DNA of 64,000 nucleotides, from assembly GCF_003704095.1 (NCBI RefSeq), contig NW_020846360.1, positions 62,001 to 126,000 on the forward strand. The letters are read 5' to 3'. Made by a program: the position numbers and the translations under genes. Below the pieces are notes generated by a model. That model was not told the origin of the DNA, ran no database searches, and saw only the letters and a program-made list of their open reading frames with translations. Positions 24,485-38,500 of the stretch are shown piece after piece (within the stretch, counting starts at the first letter, position 1; every line of letters begins with the position of its first letter). The DNA is from Pocillopora damicornis. Taxonomy: Eukaryota.

Positions 24485-26701
24485 CCCTCCCCCCTCAAGA
24501 AAAGAAAGTTTGCAAACTTTCTTGCAAAAATTTATACTCTAGAGGGGCAGTCTGGAATAACAATGCCATTTCCTTTTATGTGTCTGATGTCCAAAACACA
24601 CTCTTGTAATGTTAAACTCCACCTCACTAATCGCTGATTTTTGGCCTTCAACTTATGAATAATGGCAAAGGGGTTATGATCACTATAAACGACAACAGGC
24701 AAACTTGGAAGACTAACATAAACTTAAAATGTTGTATTGCCAATACTCATGCCAAACATTCTCTTTCAATGGTGGAGTAGTTCTTTCACTTTTGTTGGAC
24801 TTCTTAGAAAAACAACAAACTGGATGTTCCACACCTTCATTATCCTCATGTAACAACACGGCACCTGCAGTGACATCACTTGCATCAACAGCCACCTTGA
24901 ACATGGAGCTGAAATCAGGTGTTGTCAATACCAAGGCACTCTGTAACATGGCTCTCAATTCCTCAAATGCCTTTAGCAAATGCATAAAGTTAGCTATCAC
25001 TTTAACCCTGGCACAAACTGGTTTTATTTGACCTTGTCCTACAACATGCCCCAAATAAGTGGCTTGCACTTAGCCAAACTCTTTTTTGGAAAGATTTATG
25101 GTCAGCTTAGCTCCACTCAATCTCTTAAGGAACTCACAAGTAGGTAGTTCTTAAGTGTTTTTCCTAAGTGTCACTGAAGATAATCACATCATTAATATAT
25201 ACTTTACAATCTTCAAGATCTGTGATGACTTTTTTGCTGGAAAGTAGCTGGTGAATTTTTCATACCAAAGGGCATGACTCTGTCTTGGTAGAATCCTTCT
25301 GGTTTTACAAAGTCTGATTCTTCTGATTAGAACACTTGTACCAGTGGATGACTTCTCTGAAAACACCAAAGTGTCACTCAATAGTAAAGACTGCAAGGCT
25401 CCAGTGTCACTCAAAATCTTGATTGGTATGGAGTTGGACATATAACTTGACAATGACACTCAACTGTTGTGAATCAAGGGCTAAAAAATATCCATGACAG
25501 ATTTGGACAGGCCACTGACTTCACTCATAGGACTTGCCTGAGTCTTCTTTCTTGGAACTCAGGAAGGTGTATCTTTACTTACAGCAGATAAAGACAATGG
25601 CCTAGCAATAAAGCCATTAGGCCTAGGCTCCACGCTACTTTGTTTTTGCACCACTGTCCACTTTTCTGGGCAGCTAGAAATCAGGTGACCTTTCCTGCAA
25701 TGGTAACATGTTGGTGGCTTGATGAGTTTACCTGGATCAATCTTGTTCTGTCCTTACCATGAGGAGCTGAAGCAATTTACATAGTTGTTAAGGGGATTCT
25801 GTTTGGATCTCCTCCATCACTATCTTGACTTCTCCGGTTTGGAGGAGGCAGAATTCTACCTAGTGGAGTGTGAAACTGACAGGCTTTTTCCATGAAATTC
25901 ACTTTGCATCTCAATGAAAAATCTTCTGCAAATTGTGCAGTGTCTTCCACATTTCTGCTTTTTGCTCATCAATGAATGTTTGGACACCACTGTGAATGCA
26001 CCTCTTACTTGCAACTTGTTCTACACTTAACTGTGTAGAAATTTCCCTTCCTTTACCAAATAGTACACTTTGTAATAACATTACACAGTAAACCTTGGAC
26101 CACTTATGGTTGCTAGCTATTTTCTCAAAGTGCAAAAAATACTTGTCAAAATCTGCTTCCTGAAATGGAGGTACAAACTTTATATACTTTGCAACATCAA
26201 ATTTCTCACTGGACTTTTTCACTGGTCGGGTCTAACCCTAATTTCATATGTACCTCTAACTTTTTCATCTCTGGTTCATGCTGCAATGCCAGTCTCTCTC
26301 TCTCTCCATCCTTTTTTCCATCCTTTCTTGTTGTTCCTTTTCCTCTCTCTCCAGCCTCAAACTTTTTTCAGTTCTTACTCCAGTTGCAGCTTCTTCATTT
26401 CTATGTTGTATGGCCCATATGTTTCTGACAATGTTTCCAACATTGTTTTTTTAAAAGCCTCAATATTTACTAAATGTTTCACTACAATATGCTGTATCTG
26501 ATGTTTTCTCATTGCTTTCTTACCCTCTAGCTCTTGAGGGTAAGAACACATCTTTGGTGGGCTTTGACATAAAAACCACCGGATCAAACTGTGACATCTT
26601 GCTATACTCTATTAAAACTTTTACAAATAGTAACTTCTCCCCAAAATAATCTACAAAAAAACTCCATGACAAAATTTGCTCCCTGACAGGCCCCCAATTT
26701 C

Positions 26702-27186
26702 TGTTATGGTATAATCTAACCCACAGAGAAACACTACAATCCTACAAACTCAACTTCTGTTATTTATTAAACAACTAGGGATATTCTTAATAACAAACAA
26801 CTCCTATTGGCAGTACAGTACTTATGCTCAATAAACTTCCTTAAGCTCACTACAGTCTACATCTTAGCTCACCACTGAGCTGAACTCAAAGTTTCCTCCA
26901 ACATTTCTTGAAATTAGAAATCTTCCACCATAGCTCTCTCTAACAGTATAGTTTTCCAAACAGTCGGTCACTCGCAAAAACAACAACTACTACTACATCA
27001 CTGAGTCCATATTTACATTTACAAAGTGTTCTGGAATATTCCAGAAGCTTGCAAAAGAACTATTTTAGTAGTATTATGGAATATCTGATGAGATGTTCGA
27101 GAAGTTCTATGGTACAAATGTTAGCATGATGTAGTAGCCTGGAGATTTCCAGAAGCTTATACTTTCAACAAAAATTACTCATAACA
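26702..27186 (-). repeat. 5' LTR
   Basis: Direct repeat of 24151-24484; adjacent to the PBS. Confidence 0.9.
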
Positions 27187-28469
27187 GTCACCACATCTGA
27201 ATCCCACCTTTGTTATAATTCTAACACACTATTCAAAGTTAAACGAAGAGGAAAACAAGACTGTTTCATACATACTAATGAGCTCCTATCGCATGCCTTT
27301 TTTAATGTACATATGAAAAAATTGCATGCCTATGCACGTCTTTTTTTAACACCCTTTTTGCATGAATTTAGGGCCAAGTACCTCTGAGCTGTATTGTAGG
27401 TTCACATAGCGACAAAGCCTGAATATTGATCATGCTTTGTTTTTACTACTGCTTAAGTGGTGTTCACTACTGTGATAATCATTCTCATATTCATTTGGTA
27501 AATTTAATTTGTTTTTCTCTTGAGGACTCACGATTATCAGATGCATACTTAAATAAATCAAACAAATTAATAGTTTAATTGACTAAACTTACTTACAAGT
27601 CTCTTGTGAACAGTAAGAATCTACTAACACAATGCTTGGGCCAGGAGACTTGTGTGATATGTTATCTGTATTCAAACCAAGATAATACAACATACTTACA
27701 GGACTAAATTATTTGGAAATATTCACATTTTAGGCCTGATACCTTTCTTTGATTCTCTAAACTACTTGGAGGCTCAGTGTTACCTAAATTTCCTCACACA
27801 TTGTCAACAACTGCCTAATGGGAAGTGCCAGCAAATCAAAATATTTTCCTCATAAAATAAGTCCTTTCAAAACAAAATCACAAGCATGAAAAGTCACTTG
27901 GGTGCACTTCCACCTTTAATGACACAAGTTTGGAGACTAAAACTTATCTTTTGCTTCAAAAAGTCCACATAGATAGGGTTTCTTAACATTATTTACCTTC
28001 TCACAGAAACTCTTGTGCTGTCAAACCAATATTGCCATTTCCTTTCTTAACTGCCTCCTCGCTCACCTCTTTTTGCTTTTCAGAGATCTGTGGCAGCAGA
28101 CAGTATGGAACCAGGTGAATTTCTTGTTTTGAACTTTAACAAATTCAAAGTCACTTGGCAAAATGTCTGATAGCTCTCAATGTTTTGTCACAAGAAAGTT
28201 GTTTGTTGTTACACTAGCGACTAAATACAGGAATGGCTCTGGCCTGTGATTGGATGATAAAAATAGTAAAAGTTAATAAGTTATATCTTAACTCCTTGCT
28301 CGTGAGTATTGTTAACCGCGTGTCTCAAAGTGGAACAATGAAATACCAATATAAAAACACCAATGAGTCAAACAAGAAAGGCTACTTACATAACGAAGAG
28401 AAGGCAGAGTTTATCTTGTTCAGCAAGGTCATTTAGCGATATTCTGGCGATGAAAAAGTCATCCGCTGA

Positions 28470-28740
28470 TTATTGTTCACATGAAGGACAAATCCATTCA
28501 TCGGGCTCTTCATCTCTCTTTGCACAACAACTAAAGGAAGAAAGTCACGGATTAATTTTGCTTGGTAATTTCCAACAACTCCACTAGACCTAAAAAAGGA
28601 AAAAAACAAACCAAACCAAAAAAATGTCCTACTAGTCAAACCAGTTGCAGTAGCTCTTGCACTGAATCATGTCTAAGTACCTTGACTGTTTGCAGTGATG
28701 GTACAACCAATCTTCGCACAGTTTTCGGCCATAACAAGAA
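28470..28740 (-). pseudogene. Degenerate two-exon PHD-finger remnant, possibly transposon-borne
   Basis: Splicing a GT..AG intron (~28630-28534) gives LYHHCKQSRYLDMIQCKSYCNWFDYCCAKRDEEPDEWICPSCEQ*. Several zinc ligands are substituted. Confidence 0.4.
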
Positions 28741-28771
28741 AGAGTAAAATGATTTTATAAAACTTGTTCTA

Positions 28772-28871
28772 NNNNNNNNNNNNNNNNNNNNNNNNNNNNN
28801 NNNNNNNNNNNNNNNNNNNNNNNNNNNNNNNNNNNNNNNNNNNNNNNNNNNNNNNNNNNNNNNNNNNNNNN
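28772..28871. other. Assembly gap (100 N)
   Basis: Seen directly; the true distance across it is unknown. Confidence 1.
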
Positions 28872-29043
28872 AAATAACACTTCTTTCTTGAATATACTGC
28901 GCAAAGCCTCTAGAAAACTCCAGTCTACGACGTCCTACGATGTTCCCATAGGTGTTAAGCTCAGTCTGTTTGCATAACGTAGAGCTTGAGATGAGAAAAT
29001 AGATCAAAAGTGGGGAGCACAAAAGGCCGTGTATAGCAGTCAT
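28872..29043 (-). CDS. Possible first exon of a secreted protein, cut by the gap
   Basis: MTAIHGLLCSPLLIYFLISSSTLC looks like a signal peptide and the frame is open to the gap. No family recognised. Confidence 0.3.
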
Positions 29044-29538
29044 TATGCTAATCCCACTCCCCCCTTAAATTGATTTCCGTTCTTTAGTGAGGCACCCTGT
29101 TTGATCAGTGAGCCGAGTTATACAAACTCTCTGCTATTCTTCTCATATTCAGAAGTCATTATGAACTTGAATTTCGGTAAATTCCCGGCTCTTCCCACAT
29201 ACTCCATTTATCCTTTTGTTGATCTCCGTTAGATTGACGCTCAACACCTCAAGAGAGGATGACAGTCTTAGATAAAGGAAACATGGCATATTTCTTGTTA
29301 TAATTTAATTTCATTGTAATACATTAACATTTGAGAAAGCATATTAAGAACATATTATAACGAAAGATTGCTGAGGGAATTCTTGCTTTCCGTTCCAATA
29401 AAAAGTTCTACAAATGATTGAAAAATTAATACAGTTCTAAACCAAATCTGAAAAGTCTGCGTAATATTAAATGGAAGAAATAAACAATAGAACAATTTGA
29501 GTCACTGAAAATATTTTACAAATAAGATTCCTGAAGCG

Positions 29539-32500
29539 CTATCTGCGCCTACTACGGTATCGACTGCTACTTCCACGATCAGACTGTGTTCTTCTGAGGA
29601 ATTCATCACAGGCTGCTGCATATTGATCAACCTTACAAAAGGAAAACCACAATATTATTGATAAATATCATGTCACCTGTTATGGAAGAATAATAGCCTT
29701 CTACACAGAAGTGTGTCCTACTATGCAGGAAAGGGACATTGAATAATGATATCATAAGATGGCAAAAAAATGTTTGCTCGTCTTGTATGTTGAGGAATAG
29801 TCGGTGTTAGGTGGCCGTCAAACATCTCGAATAAAAGTTCCACAGATATTGCCTCCAGAAAACAAAAACAAAAACAAAAACAAAAGAAAAAAAACCAGCA
29901 TTGCTACCAGCCTAAAAGCTTTGAAAAACAGAAACGCTTCTATAAATTTTCTGCAATTAACCGTTTCCAAAACTGTACGTTTTAATCATCACTAGAGAAA
30001 GATCAGCCTCACTGAAGTAACCACAGCAGAATTTTACAGGCAGTAGATGGTAAAGGAAATGTAACAAAGGACAGCTATTGTTACACTCTCTTAGTCATCT
30101 CGACGACGTATATGACTTCACCTCCTGTTGGAGGCAGTAGCCACAACATTCCATTTGCTGCCAATTCTCTGTTTTATACAGGTGCCATTTCAGGAAAAGT
30201 ACAACAACAACAGCAACTCGCACAAATCAGCTCCCACATTTGGGTGTATCTCTCACCAATCAGATCGTCTTATTAGGGTATGTATCTCTCACCAATCAGA
30301 TCGCCGTTCTAAGGCAAATATCTGTATTAAGGTATTCATCTTTTAATGCTCTTTCTCTTTAAAAAATTAAAACATCCGTTTCACATTGTACCATTTAGAC
30401 CCTACTCGCCCAAAAAAATAATTCTCGCACGCTTAGCATGCCTATGTTTGACGTTTGTTGTCATTTAGTCTCAGTTGCAGTTTGAAAGCAGAATTCCTTT
30501 CAACAGGATGTCTAAGTAAAGCAGCCCTGTTTCCAGCACAGAGTAGAAGAGCATGCAAATACTTACTGGTCGGTGGTAACCTCCACTTCGTGAACTGCTA
30601 TGACTTATGTGCAGTGGTGGGTAATATGATGGCACGTCTACTGTTCGAGTCGAGAAATGTGACTAAAAAGGTAGACAGTAACACGGTATGTCGTCACAGG
30701 AATTTGTCACAGGCACACTTATTGCATAACAGAATTAAAGCCTTTAAAACGGTTGTTTTTGTCAACCCCCCTTAAGTGCCTAACAGCAGGCTAAATGTGA
30801 AAGGCGTTGAAAACTCTCATTTCCCACGTGGGTTGATTCTTAGAGAGAAGAACCTTCCTAACTTAGTGACATGTTGCTTGTTTCATCACATTATGTAAAC
30901 AGCGGTTACGTCTACTGTTTGATATACTTTAGCTAAGAAGTAATGAGACTGTTGATTTGCCAAACTCAAGATTTGCCCAATTATCTCCATTTAATCCTTT
31001 CTACCTGGTTGAGCTTTTAGTTACCCGGACATTTCCTACGAAAAAGTAAAATAAATCCCAGTTTTTTTTTAATCAGTAGTGATCTTCCCCAGTTACAACA
31101 AGCATTTCTGTTACCCAAACACACAGGTTCAACCTCAATTTTAGCTTGTCTGTAAATAAGTTCAAAAACAGCCAATATCTTCGTCCTTACTCGTAGTGGA
31201 GGTAAAGAAGAAGAGTGTCTTGACCGCTGGTACTCCCGCATGTAGTCTGAATAGGACTGAAAAATGACGCATTCATAAGTTATAACAGAACAAGATACAA
31301 AAAAAGTGGGAGATAGAGCTAGTTTAAGGACCTTTCAGGGCCTTCTTGATGTGAATAGTACTGTAATAAGACAACTGGTTGCTCTGTATTTAAGCAAACA
31401 AACAAGAATGCCGTTAATCTGTGGCTCCTTTGCTGGAAAAAGTTCACAACTGTGGCATTAATATAGCAATTTATCCACACTAATATATTCTAACGCACTT
31501 CACAACCCTTCGCGGGGGACTTTGGCCATACTGCATTGCGCAATTTACAGTTTTTTGAGAGGAAATTTTGCAGGTACCTCCAATTTTGGACACAAGTCCA
31601 GATCACAATACCGGTTCTTTTACGTCCCCTGCCAACCACTAAAGAGAAAACGTAAGAGGCAGGACCTACAGGTACTTGCCCTCATCCTCGTCTCGCCATT
31701 TGCAGATGTTGTTGCAAAGGAAGCATATTTTCCTCAGTTATTTTTACCCTGAGTTTGGTTCAGTGTGGGACTTTAACCCTTGACCTCACACACGGCAGTC
31801 TGGCGTTGTACAATGTGGGCTTACCAGTCCACTTATTACCCCATCTGCCCACTCCCATCTCCCACTCCCAGTGACTACTCTAGTCTTTTGTTTCCTTCAC
31901 TGCTTTGTATTCCTCCTAAATTTTACAAATTACTTACTCCGTGGAGAAGAGTCTCACGCCTCACACCACCATAACGAGATCTAGACAAAAATAAATAATA
32001 ACAGATGAATAAATGCTCTGTAAGTATATAAAAAAAAGTTTAGCATTATTTAGTAAATTACGTTTCCTTTCTCTTGAAAGCTTAAACAAGAAGTTGCTAT
32101 TTCTCCTTACTTTCGGTGAAAACTGGCCAAATTGGACAAGAATTGAGACAATTCTCAAATAACCTGTTGTTTTATCAAGCAAAAAAAAAAGTATTGCTGG
32201 AACTGCTGTGAGTGCGATAGAAACTATGGTAGCCTGCTTAATTAAAAAAAGAAAAAAGAAAAAAAAGAACCCTTGATTCTTTCATGGCGATTTCTCCTAT
32301 AAGAAAACCTTCCAAAGTTATCATGAAAACGCTATATAAAAAAGTTACCTGTCGTCATATCGCGATGTTGGTTCATGGTGATCTCGCGCATGATGCCTTG
32401 ACGCTGAAACTAGAAGGTAATCAATACCATAAAATCTTTGAAATAATACATCAAAGGCAAAATTTATTTTTGAGTTCAAGTTAAAATGTTACTTTTCAGA

Positions 32501-35500
32501 AATAACTAGTTTCACAAAAAGTAATATTCAACTCCTCAAAGCTGAAACACACCGTCGACCACAAGCAGCTCGGCTACTAAATGCAATCAATCAATCAATC
32601 AATCAATTTATTAATGTGCAAGTATGAGGTGAGGTTAACTTCCAAATGAAAGCCAAGGGTTCGAATGGAAGTGGAAAATGAACGAAAAGGTGAGACAGCC
32701 AATTACAAAACGTAAAACCATTTGACAAGTGCTTAGGGTAAAATAACATACAGTGCTCCAAACCTAACACTCATTAGTGGTGCTATTCTGAGGGTTCCCA
32801 ATCTGGCGCGTTGCAGCGAGTTGGTTATAATCATCTCATATTCAGCAAGTAGGATAATTGTTTTAGTAAACCCAGCTGTTACTTTGTTTGACAACCACTG
32901 CATGAAAAAAGCAACTTCCGCTCCAAAAATAACGATGACATGATTTACAACTTCATGAGCACACATGCCAGTGGGTGAATTTAAAACTCTGCACATTTGC
33001 GAATGTTCTTCCAAGGAAAAGTGGATATACGGAAAGTTTACAGAGCTTTACACCCTCTGAATAAGCCCAACCTGAAACTTTTTCAAGCAGATCGGCCCAA
33101 ATTATTGTGCTTTGAAGTTTCATAGGGGGAAGCATGCAAAGAAAGCAATCAATGGCTGCTTAGATCGATTTGAGTAAGGCCATTTTGTAGAATGTGCCAT
33201 CTTGTATTTATGTACGTACGTACATAAATACATACATACATACACAATTTATTTGAATAAGGTCATGATAAGGGCAGCATTTGCTTATGTGGACCACCTA
33301 ACTACATGCTAAAATATTTAAAAAAAGAGAACCTAATAACACAATCTTAAAAGATTTTTAAAAGAACTGTCTTTATCTTAAAAGATTTTTAAAAGAAAAA
33401 ATTATAATTTATAAATGTATTAAAAAGATTTCAGGCACGAATCAGTTATTTTGTTTATCATGTTGTTTTGAATTTGCCCCATTCAGATTGTTAAGCCACT
33501 CCATTCAGTCAGTAAAACAAATACCTTAAATTCAGCTTGTTGCAAATGTTATTGCAAAATGTAAACAAATCCTACCAGTATTGTGTATTTAGGAAATAAA
33601 AACTGCTCAATTTTCCGTTACATAGGTTGAAATATTTTCAAACTTAATTTATTCCCTTTTTAGGTGATAAGGGACTTGCATTTTCTTTGTTAGCTCTGTT
33701 ATCTCTTTACTTGTGTAAACAAAAAAACAGAAAATCTTTCTTTGACTTCACTAGCTAATTCATTGACCATATTTATTGGACCTAGATTTATGACCTTGAA
33801 GCTAGGTTACAAGCCTATAACCTGGTTCCATCTAGCCAATCAGAAGGTCAGAAATTCAATAACTGTGCTCCAGTTTTCACTAGTTCTCAAAAACCCTCTT
33901 GTAGCATCCCAATAGAACCTATTGGGGACTTCCTGGTAGCTAACTTTTGACTTGGTTTTGAAAGGATCAAAACTGGCTACCCACAAGTCAAAATTGGCTA
34001 CCCACAACAATCAAAGTTAATTCTAAATTTCAATTCAAAACACAAAGACAACTAATGTGAAATCTCAGTAAATAGAAAATGGAATCAAAATCAAATTTCA
34101 TGCTACCATTCTCTCACTGTAAACTTAGGGAGACCATGAACACAATTTAATATATATACTTGACTTTTGCTGCAGTTTTATTCACCAAAATAGTTTCAGC
34201 CAAGCCAATTACTACAACATGAATAACGCAGGTAGGTTTCTAACAAAACTGTGGTACTGCATTGGTGGGAGAGAACGACAAGGTAATTTGGTATTACCAA
34301 CTACGTTGATAACAAAACTTAGCCACTATTAAGAGTTTTGAATCTAATGTCTTGAGTGTTAGGTCATTGTCAGAGGGAATTGGTACAACAGTTTCTCTTC
34401 ACTTAAAGGAGAAGTATCCTTCAGAAACCAAAGCAGTTGTATCCCCACCATCAAAAAGTAAATATGAAATTATGACACTTACCAACTGTCTTAACATCTC
34501 AAAAAGTATTCAATCTCTAGAAAAATTGCTTTGAGTGGGTTACACTTTCACTTTGGATAGCACCATTTGAAATAATGCTTAGTAAAATGGCTGCCTAGGT
34601 ACATTGTAATTACATCTGAGACCTTCTTTTCCCCTTCTTTTAGCAATCTGTCTGAACAGTCAGGGCTACACAAATAAGAACTCTTGACTAAAATTGTGAT
34701 TTCCATGCAACAACTAAAGCAGCATGGACATCTCATAGTTTAGCATATAAAACCTGGTCAGTGAATTGCACTAAAATGGAGGTGTCTAAAGCGAAATTTT
34801 AAAAACACATTTGAAAACATTTGGTTTCTCTCAAAACCCAGTTAGTGGTAAAGTTTTACATAAACATTTGATGGTAGATGAGGATAAAATTCTATGGGTT
34901 CTAGAGAATACCCCACCTTTGACCATCCAAATCAGTAGCATAGAGAATGATGAAGAAAACTAATTACCTCTGTGCTTTCTTTTTGTCTTGCGCAGTTCCT
35001 CAGAGTGTCTCGGACGATGCCTAATGATAAAAATATTTCAAAATTAAGTATTGCCAGAAGTTGTGGACCCTTACCCGTCAGAACAGCCAGCCTGTTGTGC
35101 CAGGGATGACAGCATGAATTTTAAGAACCAGGCCTGTGATAATAATGGCTGTGATCATGTACCAATAAAGATCTAAAGGCATGCTAATGTCAAGTTAATT
35201 TTCATGGAAGCACAGTGCTGTCACCTCCAAACAGCAACTACCACTTGCTCTCCTGGGCAGACTCTGTTTCTGAATGTGGACTGATATTGTCCTAGGTGTT
35301 GAAGTAACTTAGTCCCAATGACTAATCTTTCAAGTCCCAAGGATGAAAATATTCAGAGATCCACAAGTGTCAACATCTTAATATGCCACATGAGTGTCAC
35401 AGACTCATTCACTTGATAATGCAACTGATTTGAACTGTAGTTGCAGGAACACATTTTAAAGAACTGTGACTACACAAAAGCTAAAGTTCAGTCAAGTTTG

Positions 35501-38500
35501 TACATGACAAAAGGGTAAGCTATTGCAGGTCCCTTGAAGCATTCCCCACACCAGAACTTCAATCCCCTACTAGTGTCCTTTGGTTGGACATTATAAATGT
35601 TTTTTTTTTAAAGTAGATCCATGGACAAACCAAAGGCTGTGGAAAATCCTGGATAGTTGTGCAAAATAATAGAACAAAAGGGTGATTAATGGCAGTTATC
35701 TTCTGCAACTGCATCTGCATTAATCACCACCTTCAAAAATACACATGGCACAAGAAAACTTCTCTCAAGCCTAAAGAAAGATCTCTTTTTTTAAACAAGT
35801 TTTGAAGGCATCCGTAATTTGGTAAGTTCTCCTGCTAAGCAGCAAAAATGCCAGAGTTGCAAATAAAATTTTCAGTCCAAAGGAAGTCAGTTCATTTTCA
35901 ACATAAGATCTTGATATGTAACTGAATAGTCTTTTTTTTGAAGTAAATCCATTGAGGTAATGTCCTAGGCGGGCCAATGGCCTTAAGTCCATTTCATAGT
36001 GGAAGTAAAGCTTGATCACAACATTTCCACAATTCCTAAAAAGCACAGCAAAATATAAGATATGAGAACAAGATTCCAGAGGAGATAGCAATGAAGCACT
36101 TGGTGGGGCAGAGCAGGATAAATCTGTTGATTACATATCCATTGTGTGCCCTGTTATGATGACAGAGATCATCTGTGACTTTTTGTTTCCTGCGAAACAA
36201 TGATGGTCCTTTATGGAATAAGACAAAATCACATCTCAATGAAGGCATGAGTAGGGTATCACATGCATGTCCGCCTGCCTGCAGGATATGATGATTGTTG
36301 CTAACCTAGCAGCATCCCTTTCCTTCCTTCGTCGTCTTTCTGTTGATGAGTGGTGAGTTGGATTGAGCTCCACTGTCTCATCTTCTGGGAACAATCGGCA
36401 AAGAGCTTCACCCACAGCTGGTTCCACTTCCTAGTGATTTAAACAGGAAGAACATACTCTCCAGTATTCAAACTGATCATAACTTTTTCATGAAATCCTG
36501 AGAATAACCATTGTTTATAATATGCACTTGTTTATAAGATGCACCCCCAACTTGAGAGAGTTCCCAACTAGAAAGTTTTGCGAAAATACTCATTAGATGA
36601 TGTATCAAACCCTTTGATTTCATAACTCCATGGCCCAGTAAATATATTATTACTTTTAAGTATTGACATGTCTGAGAAGTTTTACCTCATAGAAGATTCT
36701 GTGTCAAAAGATATAACTTTAGGAATTTTAAATTCAATGCTATGTAATTTTCTGACCAAGAAGTCAAGTAAACAATATTCTAAGCATGGTGAATTTGTCT
36801 GCATGGGTTTTGTTAAACACATGAGGTGTTCCTATGATTTTAAGTAAAATCAAGAACTCATTATAACGAAGCTAGTCATTTTCATCTTTCTTCCTATTTA
36901 CAGTTTGCAGGTAACAAGTGGTCACTCCATACACCCGACAAATATGTGCCCTCATTTTGAAATCCCATGTGCAAGCATGTTTGCATATTTTATCTTATAT
37001 CTTGATTTCTCCATGAAACAATTTTCTTTCCTTTGAAAATAAGTCATTAAAATGTTCTACTTTCATTAGAGCTTGTTTTTGGGAAAAGATGATTAAAAAA
37101 TAGCAACTGTATCCTGAGTATTTAAGATAGTTCCAGGAATGTTAGCTCCTTTGGCTAAAAGCACTAAATATCAAGGCAGTTTCAGATATAATTGTAGGTG
37201 CACTTTTAATAATCTGCCCAAAGCAATAAGATCGCCGGAAAGCCTTAAAACTTTTAAAACTAAGTGTAAGCGGTTTTTTAAACAGATTTAATTAGTTATG
37301 TAGACTTTATATGTATTTTCTCTAATGAGTTTTACTTTTTTCTGTCAATTTTATGTGTAACTTTGTATTGTCAAATTTTGTTTTTGCAGGGCTCTCTTTA
37401 AAATAGCTATGCTAAATGTGATGTCCCTGTTTAAATATTAATTAAATAAATAAATAAATCTGACAGCTGCAACACTGCAATTATCTTACCATCTGCTTGT
37501 CATTCACAGTAACTTTCTTTTGTTTTATTTTGAATCAAGTAAAATTCATTTCCCATTTAGTGAACAAGGTGGGGTGGTGGAAAACAAAAGCATTACAAGC
37601 ATGACAAACATCTCAATGCATAAAAATTCATCTCACTCCTTATGAGTATTTAAGAGGCCAGTTACCTGTCCATCACGGCAAATTTTCACCTCTTTGTTGT
37701 CGTTCCAAGGATTTCTTAAATGCAGGCACTTACTGAACCAAAGCTCCCTCCTACAAACAAAAAATCCACTGTGTTAATCATAAAATCAAACTATGAGAAG
37801 AATTATTATAGCAAAGACAAAAAACATTCTGTGAAAAATACATGTAATCTTTTACATTTTAATTTGTATTCAAGGTCCTACTATGATCAGCCAGTTAAGT
37901 CATAGAAATTTAGAGATTTACACAAAAGACATTTTCAAAGTTTATTGTAGAAAGGTTTGGGATGAAAAATTAATAAAATAAGCAAATGAGTATGCTGATG
38001 ACCTAAATTACTTCACCCTTTGTAAGATGCAGTAAACAGACACAAATAAACAAGAAATTTGAAGCAATCCATGAAACTTGGTCCACTAATTGTTGTACAA
38101 GTGACACACAAAGAAAATATTTGCTTCTACATAGTTATGTGAATGCAAACTGCATGACTCTACATGACACTTATACAAGAACAAAGTGCTGAACTATTGT
38201 TATCTGCTTGCCAAATCGCACAGGAGTTAAATAGGCAAATATTAGATTGAAATACATGTATGACTAAAACAGCTCCAGATTGGTGAAATCTGGAGTTTTG
38301 TGTGTTGCTATGGTTACCAAATCGTCAAACATAATTAAGTGGTAAAGCCTTGATGCAAAAAAATCAAACATTTCAGATAACTGAAAATAATCAATGGCAT
38401 TTCTCTTCTTGTGCAAACTACTTTTTAAGCTATTAAAACATCTATGGCAGTGTGGGGAATGGGTGTCCCTGCTTGTTTTTCAGGAGCAGGGTACTTGTCT

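Larger units (their letters stand above)
24151..27186 (-). mobile_element. Gypsy LTR retrotransposon, internally deleted, Gmr1-like domain order
   Basis: LTRs at 24151-24484 and 26702-27186, both TGTTA..AACA. PPT at 24485-24496. PBS TGGGGGCCTGTCAGGG (~26681-26696, -) resembles the tRNA-Pro PBS. gag KFVPPFQEADFDKYFLHFEKIA with a CYHC..GHLISSC knuckle, protease ILSDTGALQSL, RT VMPFGMKNSP, RNase H AVDASDVTAGAVL..HPVCCFSKK. Flanks AGTC and GTCA are an imperfect TSD. Confidence 0.92.

Noticed and set aside
28636-29043. 135-aa ORF spanning the gap
   Set aside because: Continuity across an arbitrary 100-N gap is meaningless.
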